Shown: positions 30,224 through 39,517 of the stretch, in pieces | Layout of the letters: each line of letters opens with the position of its first letter | Position numbering within the stretch: position 1 is the first letter of the stretch | Origin: Chloroflexota bacterium | GTDB lineage: Bacteria; Chloroflexota; UBA11872; VXOZ01 | Length of the DNA stretch: 64,000 bases | Reading direction: 5' to 3' | Assembly: GCA_963663275.1 (NCBI GenBank) | Contig: OY760183.1 | Location: 32,001-96,000 of the forward strand | Notes under the pieces: generated by a model | What the model saw: only the letters and a program-made list of their open reading frames with translations | Told to the model about the DNA's origin: nothing | Databases searched by the model: none | Position numbers and translations under genes: made by a program

Positions 30224-31123
30224 ATGGCATCTTCTTCAGGCGCGAACCGGCAACCGGACGCCGGCATCATCGCGCTGGTGCTCTTCCTGGCCTTGCTCTG
30301 GGGCGGCAACTCCGTTGCCATCAAGATCGGCTTGCAGGACATTCCGCCGCTGGCCCTGGCCGGTTTCCGTTTCATCGTCGGGCTGGCGGCGGTCACCGGC
30401 TGGGCCTGGTGGCAGCGCGTGCCGATCAAGATGGAGCGCGGCGAACTGCTGCCGCTGGTCTACATCTCGCTGATCTTCCTGCTGCAGATCATCGCCCTGA
30501 ACGTCGGCACGCATTACACTACCTCGTCCCGCTCCATCGTGCTGAACAGCACCTATCCCCTCTTCACCACGCTCTTCGCGCACTTTCTGCTGCAGGGCGA
30601 CCGCCTGACCGTGCCGAAGACGCTGGGCATCCTGCTGGCCTTTGGCGGCGTGACCCTGACCTTTGCCGAGGGCCTGAACCTCGCCTCGGGCGCGTACCTG
30701 CTCGGCGACGCGGTGGTGCTGGCCAGCGGCGGCTTGCTGGGGCTGCGGGTGGTTGTCACCAAGCGGCTGGTGCAGAGCATCCATCCCTACCGCCTGCTGA
30801 TCTGGTCCATGCTCTTCAGCCTGCCTTGGTTCTTTCTCCTGAGCCTGTTGTTCGAGCAGGGCTGGGAGTACCGGCTGTCGGTCGCCAGCCTGACCGCCAT
30901 TCTCTATCAGGGCCTTGCCGTGGCCGGCTTCTGCTTTGTGGCCTGGACGTCCATCCTCCAGCACTTCAGCGCCAGCCGCTTGGTGGTGCTCTTCTTTGCC
31001 ACGCCGCTCTTCGGCGTGGTGCTGAGCAATCTGCTCCTGGATGAACCGCTGGGGGCGGAACTGCTCGCCGGCGCCGTGCTGGTAGCGGCGGGGATCTATC
31101 TGGTAAACCGCACGCAAGAGTGA
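30224..31123 (+). CDS. DMT/EamA family transporter
   Basis: LWGGNSVAIK, PPLALAGFRF, ten TM helices, TPLFGV..LLLDE. Confidence 0.9.
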   Translation: MASSSGANRQPDAGIIALVLFLALLWGGNSVAIKIGLQDIPPLALAGFRFIVGLAAVTGWAWWQRVPIKMERGELLPLVYISLIFLLQIIALNVGTHYTTSSRSIVLNSTYPLFTTLFAHFLLQGDRLTVPKTLGILLAFGGVTLTFAEGLNLASGAYLLGDAVVLASGGLLGLRVVVTKRLVQSIHPYRLLIWSMLFSLPWFFLLSLLFEQGWEYRLSVASLTAILYQGLAVAGFCFVAWTSILQHFSASRLVVLFFATPLFGVVLSNLLLDEPLGAELLAGAVLVAAGIYLVNRTQE

Positions 31124-31348
31124 AACCGACAGCGCGGGAGTGAGACCGGTAGCGCAGGTTTGCAACCTGCGTCCCCGTACAGGCTTCTATGCGTACTTGT
31201 GTCTCATGCTCTGGCGGGGGACAAGCCCCCGCGCTACGCTGTCCCGACACAATGGCGCCCTTCCGTCTGGGAGAGAGAAGAATTTCCGCTGCCTGGCGGA
31301 GTCGCGCAAGGATCGCCCCTTGGATAGGAGTCGGTTGGCGCAAGACCT

Positions 31349-31391
31349 TAAAAAGCACGGGAGGAGGGTGACGGTTTGCCACCCTCCTCCC
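31349..31391 (-). terminator. Probable intrinsic terminator of the dksA-like gene
   Basis: GGGAGGAGGGTG..CACCCTCCTCCC stem followed on the minus strand by GTGCTTTTT. Confidence 0.55.
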
Positions 31392-31436
31392 AAAGGGAGT
31401 GAGAGGGTAAGAGACGGCTAGTGAACGTTCGGCGGT

Positions 31437-31823
31437 TTAGCGGGCGCCGAACCAGGCGCGCTCGCGCCGGGTCTGGCAGGCCACGCACAGCGTGGCTTCC
31501 GGCATGAACTCCAGGCGTTCCGCCGGGATGCCCTCGCCGCAGTCCTCGCAGACGCCGTAGGTGCCGGCCTCGGCCTTCTGCCACGCCTGATCGAAAGCGC
31601 GCAGGTCGCGCCGCAGCACGTCCAGCACCGCTTCGCGGTCTTCCTGAATTGCCACTTCCTGCGCCAGGTCCACGAAGTCGTCGTCGTCTGCCGACGCGTC
31701 GCTGCCGCGCTCACGTTCCCGCAGATCGGTTTCCAGAGAACTCGCGAGGAGCGACGCCAGCGCCTCTCGCGCTTCCTGCAGGCGCTGCACGCGCCCGGCT
31801 TCCTGCTTTAGCTCTGTTGCCAT
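31437..31823 (-). CDS. TraR/DksA C4 zinc-finger protein
   Basis: DFVDLA coiled-coil tip, GTYGVCEDCGEGIPAERLE.MPEATLCVACQ; AAGGAGG RBS. Confidence 0.88.
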   Translation of the reverse strand: MATELKQEAGRVQRLQEAREALASLLASSLETDLRERERGSDASADDDDFVDLAQEVAIQEDREAVLDVLRRDLRAFDQAWQKAEAGTYGVCEDCGEGIPAERLEFMPEATLCVACQTRRERAWFGAR

Positions 31824-31997
31824 GGGTCTACCTCCTTCACCGCACGCGGGCCGCCGTCCGCGGCAACCCCAAACGCCGTGCCATGGTGTGGTCCGGGCGG
31901 GTCGCAGCGCAACTCCTTTGTCGCGCTTCCATCGGCCCGCCGTGTCGCTACGAGCTATTTACGCCAGCATAGCACCGGATATGGATACTGTAAATAG

Positions 31998-32050
31998 ATT
32001 CTAAGGAAATTCTTAGGATTAAGGGCTTATTCTAAGGATATTCTAAGAAA
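31998..32050. promoter_or_regulatory. Two pairs of 11-bp direct repeats, probable response-regulator operator
   Basis: ATTCTAAGGAA ATTCTTAGGAT -9 nt- ATTCTAAGGAT ATTCTAAGAAA in an AT-rich divergent promoter region. Confidence 0.6.
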
Positions 32051-32284
32051 GCTACTTTCATTCTGCTAGCTATAGTATCTATAGTATCGCCTGCCGCGCC
32101 GCGCGAGCGCCGATTCTCTAAAGTTGCTGCTCACAATCGCGCCGCTCGCGCCGCAAACGGCCAACACCGGCCTCCCAAATCCGGCCAAATTCGCAACCGG
32201 CGGCGCTACAACAAGCAATGCCGGTGGCGGCGCGGGACGCAACGTGGCACAATGCTCTACACGCTCCGGAGGGGCGCTCCCACC

Positions 32285-33325
32285 ATGAAAGCACACAGCC
32301 TGGCGGTGGCCGGTCTCGGCTCCTTTACGCAACGGGTACTGCTGCCCGGCCTCCTGGCCTGCGAGCGGGTGCGCGTGGCCGGCGCTTTCACCCGCAGCCG
32401 GGCGCGCGCGGACGAGATGCAGGCGCAATACCCCGCGCTGCCGCTCTATACCGATTACGCGGAGATGCTGGACGCCGCCGCGCCGGAGATTGTCTTGGTC
32501 GCCACTCCCAACGCGGCGCACGCGCCCATGACGCTGGCGGCGGCGCAACGCGGCTGCCACGTCATCTGCGAGAAACCGCTCGCGTCCACGCTGGCCGACG
32601 CCGAAGCGATGGCGGCCGCCGCGGACAGCGCCGGCATTCGCACCGCGGTCAACTTTACCTTTCGCTCGATTGGCGCCGCCCGCTACGTCAAGCATCTCCT
32701 GGATGAAGGCCGCGTGGGGCGCGTTCTGCACGTTGCCCTCGTCTATTTGCAAGATATTCGCCACGGCGCGGACCGACCCCGGGTCTGGCGCATGGACGCC
32801 CAAGCGGCCGGCCCCGGCGCGCTGGGCGACGTGGGCAGCCACGCGGTCGACCTGGTGCGCTGGTGGCTGGGCGAATTCAGCGCCGTAGCCGCGCAGACCG
32901 CCACGCATACCGCGGACCGGCGCGGCGGCCCGGTGACCAATGACGATACCGCGCTTTCGCTGGCGCGGCTGGCCTGCGGCGCGCCGGCAACCCTGCACGT
33001 GAGCCAAGCGGCCGCCGGGCGCTCCAACTCGCTGCGCGTGGAAGTGTACGGCGAAACGGGTAGCCTGGCTTTCACGGCGGAACGCGGCGCGGAACCGGCG
33101 GCGCTCGCGGCCAAACCGGGGGACATTGGCTTTACGCCGCTGCCGCTGCCTGAGGAGTTCGCGGTCGCCTACGAGGCGTTCCCAGCATACCACAGCGACC
33201 GGCTGGTGGGTACGGTTCTGGGCACGGATTTTGTCGCCGATTTCGCCGACGGCCTGGCGGCGCAGCGCGTGCTCGACGCTATCCAACGGGCGGCGGCGGA
33301 GAACGCCTGGGTTACGCTACCGTAG
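32285..33325 (+). CDS. Gfo/Idh/MocA oxidoreductase
   Basis: GLGSF, VATPNAAH, VICEKP, GALGDVGSHAVD. Confidence 0.9.
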   Translation: MKAHSLAVAGLGSFTQRVLLPGLLACERVRVAGAFTRSRARADEMQAQYPALPLYTDYAEMLDAAAPEIVLVATPNAAHAPMTLAAAQRGCHVICEKPLASTLADAEAMAAAADSAGIRTAVNFTFRSIGAARYVKHLLDEGRVGRVLHVALVYLQDIRHGADRPRVWRMDAQAAGPGALGDVGSHAVDLVRWWLGEFSAVAAQTATHTADRRGGPVTNDDTALSLARLACGAPATLHVSQAAAGRSNSLRVEVYGETGSLAFTAERGAEPAALAAKPGDIGFTPLPLPEEFAVAYEAFPAYHSDRLVGTVLGTDFVADFADGLAAQRVLDAIQRAAAENAWVTLP

Positions 33326-33381
33326 TTCCGCTTACGTACGTCCGCTCCCGTCAGCCCGCCGGCGCAATCCGCGCCGACGAC

Positions 33382-34584
33382 CTAGGGCCGCCGCGTGGGC
33401 GCGGCTCCGGCCGCGGGCGGGGGAGAACTTTCGCCGGACGCGGCCTCGTCCTCAACGCTTTCCTCGCTGGCGGGCGTCCCGTCCGCGCCCGCTTCCGGCG
33501 GCGGCGCGGAATCGTCGCCGAGTTGGGTGATGAGCCACGGCAGGAAGATGCGCATGAACAACACTTGCAACGCGGCCACCAGCGGCACGGCGATGACGAT
33601 GCCCAGCACCCCGTAGAGCACACCCCCCGCCAGCACGCTGAACATCACCAGCAGCGGATGCAAACCGACGGCGCGCTCCATGACTTTCGGGACGAGGATG
33701 TTGCCCTCCAGTTGCTGCACGACAACGTACAGGATCGCCGTGGCCAGCGCGAGCAACGGCGAGACGGTGAACGCCACGATTATCGCCGGTATGGCGCCGA
33801 GGAACGGCCCGATGATGGGCACGATTTCCATCAGGCTGGCCCACGCGGCCAGGGCAACCGGATAGGGCACGCCTATCAGAAAGAGCCCGATGAAGGTCAC
33901 CACGCCGATGAAGACCATCAGAATCACCTGGCCCCGCACCCAACCGCCGGCGCGCTGGGAGAGTTCGGCGGCCAGGCCGCGGGTGGCGGTGGCGTGGCGG
34001 GGCGGCAGGCGCGCAATCACCGAGCGGTTGAGCTTCTCAGTCGCGCTCATCCAGAAGTAGCCGATCACCAGCACGGACACCAGGCCAAAGAGGAAGCCCA
34101 GTATCTGAAACGGCACCGCGGCCAACGCGCCGATGAACCCGGTGAGGGCCGTGGTCAGGCTGGTGCCGACTTCCCGCACCTGTTCGTCGATGCCCATGTC
34201 CACGGAAAGCTGGTAGAGCGGCGGCGCAATGTCCAGGAACCTCTGGGTAAGCTGATCGGAAAGTTCCGGCGCCCGCTCGGCAACGCCGCTGATCTGCACC
34301 ACCAACGGCGGAATGACGATCAGGCCGATGCCGGTCAAGACCAGCGCCAGCGCGAGGTAGACGATGAGCACGGCCACGCCGCGCGGTATCCTCCACGCCC
34401 GCAGCTTGTTGGCGATCGGCCGGATCGACTCCGCCAGCAGGATGCCGAGGAAGAGCAGCACCAGCACGCTCACGATGCGCGTGGCCAGAACACCGATGAA
34501 GAGCACAAGCAAAACCACGCCCGCACCGAGCAAGAAGCTCATGGGCGTGATCTGAATGACTCGCGGTTCAGGAAGGTCGTCCAT
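33382..34584 (-). CDS. AI-2E family transporter
   Basis: WVRGQ, EIVPIIGP, QQLEGNILVPKVM, GLHP. Confidence 0.88.
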   Translation of the reverse strand: MDDLPEPRVIQITPMSFLLGAGVVLLVLFIGVLATRIVSVLVLLFLGILLAESIRPIANKLRAWRIPRGVAVLIVYLALALVLTGIGLIVIPPLVVQISGVAERAPELSDQLTQRFLDIAPPLYQLSVDMGIDEQVREVGTSLTTALTGFIGALAAVPFQILGFLFGLVSVLVIGYFWMSATEKLNRSVIARLPPRHATATRGLAAELSQRAGGWVRGQVILMVFIGVVTFIGLFLIGVPYPVALAAWASLMEIVPIIGPFLGAIPAIIVAFTVSPLLALATAILYVVVQQLEGNILVPKVMERAVGLHPLLVMFSVLAGGVLYGVLGIVIAVPLVAALQVLFMRIFLPWLITQLGDDSAPPPEAGADGTPASEESVEDEAASGESSPPPAAGAAPTRRP

Positions 34585-35148
34585 AGCGTTTCTGGGATTC
34601 AGCATAGCACGCCCCAAACCCCACGGGCAACGCGGCCCGCCCCAAACCACGCGGGAACGCGGCACACCCCCGGCGCAAGTCTGTGGCTCCTGTCATGCCA
34701 AGCGCACTGCGTGACTATGACTTTCATTCCGAGCGCACTGTGTGACTATGACTGTCATTCCGAGCGGAGCGAGGAATCTAGGGTGTTCAGCAAGCAGGTT
34801 GCACTACGGTTCTAGATTCCTCGCTGCGCTCGGAATGACACGTGGACTACGCCCGCTCTGACACGTTGATTACGCCCGGTCCGACACGAGGACCGCGCCC
34901 GGCACAGAGCGAGGTTGCAGTCGGCATGACGTGACGATCGCGCTTGGAATAACGGTCAACCGCGCTCCCGCCAGGGCAACCCGCCCACAATCCACTCACT
35001 CCGTCCTTCGCGCCGTTTGTGCTAGCCGCCTCCGATTGGGTAGAGTGAGGCGGGAGCGGCGGCTGGTCTGTTGCCCGTCACTCCGGCGGAAGCCGGAGTC
35101 CAGGTACGCGGCGGAGGTGGAATCCGGCCTGCGCCGGAATGACACACC

Positions 35149-35880
35149 GTGCCGCAGACTTCGGCACCCGTGCCGCAGGCCTCGGCGTCTTTCCCGCACG
35201 CCGCCGGCAGCGACGGCCAGGTACGTGAAGAGTCAACACCATTGCAATTGCCAAAGGCGAAGCCGGTGATAGAGGACGATCCCAGGCCGGCGCCGCCGGA
35301 CGCGGGCGCGGCCCACGAATCGCTCCAATGGCTGGAGCGCAACCGCCTGGGCATCGTGCTCCTGCTGGTCGTCCTCACGGCCGTCGCGTTGGGATTGTAC
35401 GCCCTGCAACTGCGCAACGCGGCGCCGCTTACGGTGACGCCGGTGCGAACCGAGTTGCGCGACATCAAGGTCTACGTCACCGGCGCGGTGGCGCAACCGG
35501 GGGTCTACGCCGCCAAATCCGGCAAGCGCGTGGGCGACGTGGTGGCCCGGGCCGGCGGCCTGACGGCGGAGGCCGATCCCGTGGCGGTCAACCTGGCGCG
35601 GCGCACCCGGGACGAGATGCACGTTCACGTCCCGGCCAAGGGCGAGACCGCTTCCGCCGCCGCGTCGAACACGGCCCCCTCGGCGCTCAAACCGCTCAAC
35701 CTCAACACGGCCACGCAGCGGGAACTGGAATCGCTGCCCGGCATCGGCGAGGTGACGGCCCGCAGAATCCTGGCCGCGCGCGCCGCCGACGGGCCCTTTG
35801 GCAGCGTGGACGATCTGAGCCGCGCCGACGTGCGTCCCGCGGTGATCGAACAGATTCGCAATCTGGTCGTTGCCGAATGA
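35149..35880 (+). CDS. comEA: ComEA DNA-binding protein (TM, SLBB, helix-hairpin-helix); start uncertain
   Basis: VYVTGAVAQPGVY, VNLAR, LNLNTATQRELESLPGIG. Confidence 0.85.
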   Translation: MPQTSAPVPQASASFPHAAGSDGQVREESTPLQLPKAKPVIEDDPRPAPPDAGAAHESLQWLERNRLGIVLLLVVLTAVALGLYALQLRNAAPLTVTPVRTELRDIKVYVTGAVAQPGVYAAKSGKRVGDVVARAGGLTAEADPVAVNLARRTRDEMHVHVPAKGETASAAASNTAPSALKPLNLNTATQRELESLPGIGEVTARRILAARAADGPFGSVDDLSRADVRPAVIEQIRNLVVAE

Positions 35881-35946
35881 GGGCGGCCAAGCCATGCCGG
35901 CGCGTAGTCTCGCGCTGCCGGCTTCTCGCACGCGGCGCGCCCTTTG

Positions 35947-36085
35947 GAGACCTGTGCTTCACCCCTTCTCCATCGAGGTGAAGGTTGGGATGGGGGTGAA
36001 ATGGCTTGACCTCAAGCCACCTTTAGTTGTAGGTGCCGTCTGGATTCCGGCGTCCGCCGGAATGACAGAGTTATGCAAAGGCCTC
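35947..36085. mobile_element. MITE-A, uninterrupted 139-bp copy
   Basis: GAGACCTGTGC..GTTATGCAAAGGCCTC ends; CTTTG on both flanks; internal TGGATTCCGGC..GCCGGAATGAC hairpin. Confidence 0.75.
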
Positions 36086-36126
36086 CTTTGGCGGCGGCCT
36101 GCCTAACTGAGGCTATGAAGGCGCGG

Positions 36127-36882
36127 CTACGCCGGTATCCCCTTGCGCGCGCACGCCCCGGCCAGGTGCTCCGTCAGCCACGTCCCCTGGCGCGTGACGA
36201 AGTATTCCAGGAGCGCCCGGCCCGCGCTGGCGGTGGCTACGGCGGCGTCGCTCTCGGCGTACGCTCCCCAACTGCCGTCCGGCGCGATCTTCTCCCACGG
36301 CACGTAGTCCATGTAGTCCTGTTCGTCCGCCGGTACCGCTTGGCCGAACGGGCCGGGGAGCACGCAATCCGGCGCGAGGTAGAGCGCCAGGGCGCGGGAT
36401 TCGGCCCCGCCGTGCACCTCGCCGCGGCCGGCCAGGCCGGCGTGTTCCCGCGCCTCTTCCCAGACGCCCGCGCCGCCCTGGTGGGCGTTCACGACCACGA
36501 TGTCCGGAAACTGCCGGTTGACGTGCTTGATGAAGGCGGTCAGCCAGTACGACCCGCCGTGCCCGCACGTCAGCACCTGCTTGGAAAAGCCCTGCGCCCG
36601 CAGCCCGGCCACGATCTCTTCCAGCACGAGCATCACGGTAGCGGGCTGCAGCGTGACCGTGCCCGCGAAACCGGCGTGCTCCTCAGCCGTATTGAACGGC
36701 AGGGTCGGCAGCACGTAGGCGTTGAGCCGCTCGCCAAAGGCCCGCGCGAAATACTCCGCCACGAGCGTGTCGATGTGCAACGGCAGGCACGGGCCGCACT
36801 GCTCGGTGGAGCCGACGCTGATGATCGCGGTGTCAATACCGGCATCGGCAAGCTGTTTGGTGGTGTTGCGAAACGAAAGCAT
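36127..36882 (-). CDS. Creatininase/amidohydrolase family protein
   Basis: GSTEQCGPCLPLHID, EH..FAGT, GHGGS, HGGAES. Confidence 0.82.
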   Translation of the reverse strand: MLSFRNTTKQLADAGIDTAIISVGSTEQCGPCLPLHIDTLVAEYFARAFGERLNAYVLPTLPFNTAEEHAGFAGTVTLQPATVMLVLEEIVAGLRAQGFSKQVLTCGHGGSYWLTAFIKHVNRQFPDIVVVNAHQGGAGVWEEAREHAGLAGRGEVHGGAESRALALYLAPDCVLPGPFGQAVPADEQDYMDYVPWEKIAPDGSWGAYAESDAAVATASAGRALLEYFVTRQGTWLTEHLAGACARKGIPA

Positions 36883-37153
36883 GGTTCTTCTCTTTCGAGA
36901 TCGAGGGTAGTCAGGTGAAGGAGGGTTCTGGCGGCCCGCCGGGTCTCTTCAGGAAATGGCGAGCGACACCCCGGTGTAGGGGCACGACATGTCGTGCCTC
37001 TACTGTTTGGTGGTGTTGCGAAACGAAAGCATGGTTCTTCTCTTTCGAGATTGAGGGTAATCAGGGGAAGGAGAGTTCTAGCATCCCGCCGGGCCTCTTT
37101 GGGAATTGGCGAGCGACACGCCGGTGTAGGGGCACGACATGTCGTGCCCCTAC
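36853..37153. repeat. 150-bp tandem duplication covering the creatininase start, its RBS region and a REP
   Basis: CTGTTTGGTGGTGTTGCGAAACGAAAGCATGGTTCTTCTCTTTCGAGA at 36853 and 37003; REP at 36976 and 37126. Confidence 0.85.
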
Positions 37154-37235
37154 ACCTTATGTGAGGCGAGGCCAAGCATATTGAACACGCGAATAAGGCG
37201 AGTTTCCGGCGGGATAGGAAAACGCATCTCATCGA

Positions 37236-37387
37236 ACCGGAGGCTCACGCCAGCACCGGATGCTTACGCCAACAGGAGTGACTCATGCCAGCACAGGAGG
37301 CTCACGCCAATACGAGTGACTCACGCCAACACAGCAGGCTCACGACAGCACCGGAGGCTTACGCCAACACGGAAGGCTTACGCCAGC
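37236..37387. repeat. Degenerate 19-bp tandem repeat x8 overlapping the stop codon of the adjacent gene
   Basis: Consensus ACCGGAGGCTYACGCCARC in strict 19-bp register. Confidence 0.8.
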
Positions 37388-38586
37388 GCCGGATAGAGCA
37401 ATTCGTCGAACGCCACCGCCCGGTTGTTGTGGGCGATGCTCAGGCGCACGGCCTCGGCGACGGCGGTGCCGACCACGGCCTGTTGCGGCAGCGGCCGCGT
37501 CTTGGCAAACTCGGCGAGCAAACCGCGCCGCGTTTGCAGCGCCTCCGCCGCGTCCATGCCCTCGGTTTCGCGCAGGATGCGGCGCGAGTCGTGCACGCCC
37601 TGCATCACGCTATCGTAGCCGTAGCCCACGTACTCCGTGCCCGGGCCGTCCCAGGGTTCGTACTGCTTGAAGAAGTTGGGATTGAAGTGCTCGAAGCCCT
37701 TGTCCTGGGTCACAAAGTGCAGTTTGCGGTCCTTGTGGTCGGCCCAGTACTCGCCCTGCGTGCCGGAAAGCTGCATGCCCTGGTTGGTGAGGGCGCTGTT
37801 CGCCTCGGCGCAGACCCATGAGGTCTGCACCCAGAGCACCGAGCCGTCGCTCCACTCGATCACCCCCTGCACCGCGTCGAAGGCGTCCTGGCCCTGGGTA
37901 GGCAGGAATTTTTTCTGGCCGTAACCCCACACGCGCTTGGGCTTGAGGCCGGTGATGAAGTAGTAAGCGTCGGCGTAGTGCACGCCGATATACTCAAAAG
38001 GAGAGCTTTCCTCCGCCCAACGGGAAAAAATATCCAGGGGCATCTCGCGCCGTTCCTCGATCCAGGCGTGGCCGTGCAGCATCTCTCCCAGGTGTCCCTG
38101 CCGGTAGTAGCGTTGGGCGGCGCGAATGGCGCGGTCGTGGCGCTTGTGGTAGTCGGTGTAGACGTACACGCCTTTGTTTTCGGCGGCGGTGAGGATGGTG
38201 TAGACGTCGGCAACCTTGAGGCAGAGCGGCTTCTGCACCACCACGTGATGGCCGCGCTCGATAGCCGCCAGGATCATCTCGGTGTGCAGGTGATCGGGCG
38301 TCGCCACCATCACCACGCCGTGGGGGTCCAGGTCGTCCAGAGCCGCCTTATAGGAATCCGGCACGGACGCCTCGGGATCGCCGGCATCCGGGTCGGGATA
38401 GCCCTTGAATTGGTAATCGGAAAAGAGTTCGCGCACCGTGCGCAGCGTGCTCGCCCGCCGCGAGGCGATAGACACGTCGCCCACCACGCCGCGGTCCTGC
38501 TCCTGGAAGAGCGTCGGAATGATCACGTCCTGGCTGATCATGCCGCCGCCGATGAGGAGAATTGGTACTCTACCGTCCCACGCCAT
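37378..38586 (-). CDS. Gfo/Idh/MocA oxidoreductase
   Basis: LIGGGMI, VATPDHLH, VQKP, DYHKR, IGVHYAD. Confidence 0.85.
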   Translation of the reverse strand: MAWDGRVPILLIGGGMISQDVIIPTLFQEQDRGVVGDVSIASRRASTLRTVRELFSDYQFKGYPDPDAGDPEASVPDSYKAALDDLDPHGVVMVATPDHLHTEMILAAIERGHHVVVQKPLCLKVADVYTILTAAENKGVYVYTDYHKRHDRAIRAAQRYYRQGHLGEMLHGHAWIEERREMPLDIFSRWAEESSPFEYIGVHYADAYYFITGLKPKRVWGYGQKKFLPTQGQDAFDAVQGVIEWSDGSVLWVQTSWVCAEANSALTNQGMQLSGTQGEYWADHKDRKLHFVTQDKGFEHFNPNFFKQYEPWDGPGTEYVGYGYDSVMQGVHDSRRILRETEGMDAAEALQTRRGLLAEFAKTRPLPQQAVVGTAVAEAVRLSIAHNNRAVAFDELLYPALA

Positions 38587-38734
38587 CAGGCCTTACCTCG
38601 AATCGTCTAATGCATAATGCTATTCGGCATACCAAACGTTGCGTAGAAAGCTCCATCCTCGTGCTGGCGCGATCGGCGCGCAATCACGGAGAAACGCGCC
38701 TCTGCATCCGCGGACGGGTAGACAGGGGGAGCGC

Positions 38735-38959
38735 TCAACCAAGCCAAAACCTCACGACGATGGTGCCAATCGCCACGAGTACCGAAACGCCAATACTGAT
38801 GTATGCGACCAGCAAAGCGTACTTCGCGTTCGCCACGTCTTCTTTCGTCGCGAATGATTCCATCCTGCCCTCGATGTAGGCGACGCGCGCGTGCACGTCG
38901 TCGAGGCGCTGCTGGTGATACCCTTCGGAACGCAACGAACCGTTGGAGGAGTCAGACAC
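38735..38959 (-). CDS. Small coiled-coil protein with C-terminal TM helix
   Basis: RVAYIEGRMESFATKEDV followed by a hydrophobic tail; overlaps the stop of the upstream gene. Confidence 0.55.
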   Translation of the reverse strand: MSDSSNGSLRSEGYHQQRLDDVHARVAYIEGRMESFATKEDVANAKYALLVAYISIGVSVLVAIGTIVVRFWLG

Positions 38960-39236
38960 CTACTTCCCTAGCTTTCTTCAACCAGTCCCAAAGACTGTCA
39001 TAGTAGTGGCCGTAGTAGGATCCATTGAGCTTGAAGACCACACCCACGTTCGCGGAACCCGCCTCGTCCGACAGACCCAATGGCGCGCTCAGGTACTGAG
39101 GGTTGCTAATGGGCGACTGCACCAACAGAGCATGATCCGATAGCTCGAAGACGCCATCCAGAGAATCTGACGACTCTGCTTGCTCCTTGACCTCGGATGC
39201 AATTGCTTCCTCGAAAAACACCAGGTACAGATTCAT
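38952..39236 (-). CDS. Small hypothetical protein (94 aa)
   Basis: GGAGGT RBS; MNLYLVFF..GSYYGHYYDSLWDWLKK. Confidence 0.55.
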   Translation of the reverse strand: MNLYLVFFEEAIASEVKEQAESSDSLDGVFELSDHALLVQSPISNPQYLSAPLGLSDEAGSANVGVVFKLNGSYYGHYYDSLWDWLKKAREVGV

Positions 39237-39517
39237 GGCGCCACCTCCCGCATTATCCGCTCGCGCGCAACACGTTTCAGTGTACCCCCTACACGCAATC
39301 GAATCAATTGCGCCTCGCGCAATGTAATCCCCCCAACGGGAAACATCAGACCCATGCCCGGCGCCCCTGCGCTCTTGCGCGCCGGAAAGAAACTCGCGGA
39401 CGGTGTCCACGTATCCGCTGCTGCCGGCCGCTCTTCCAATTCTCTTGACAACCGAGTCTGCTCAGTACCATACTTGACACTGGTGGCACTCTAGTCAAGC
39501 TCCGAGGAGGCAGAGCG

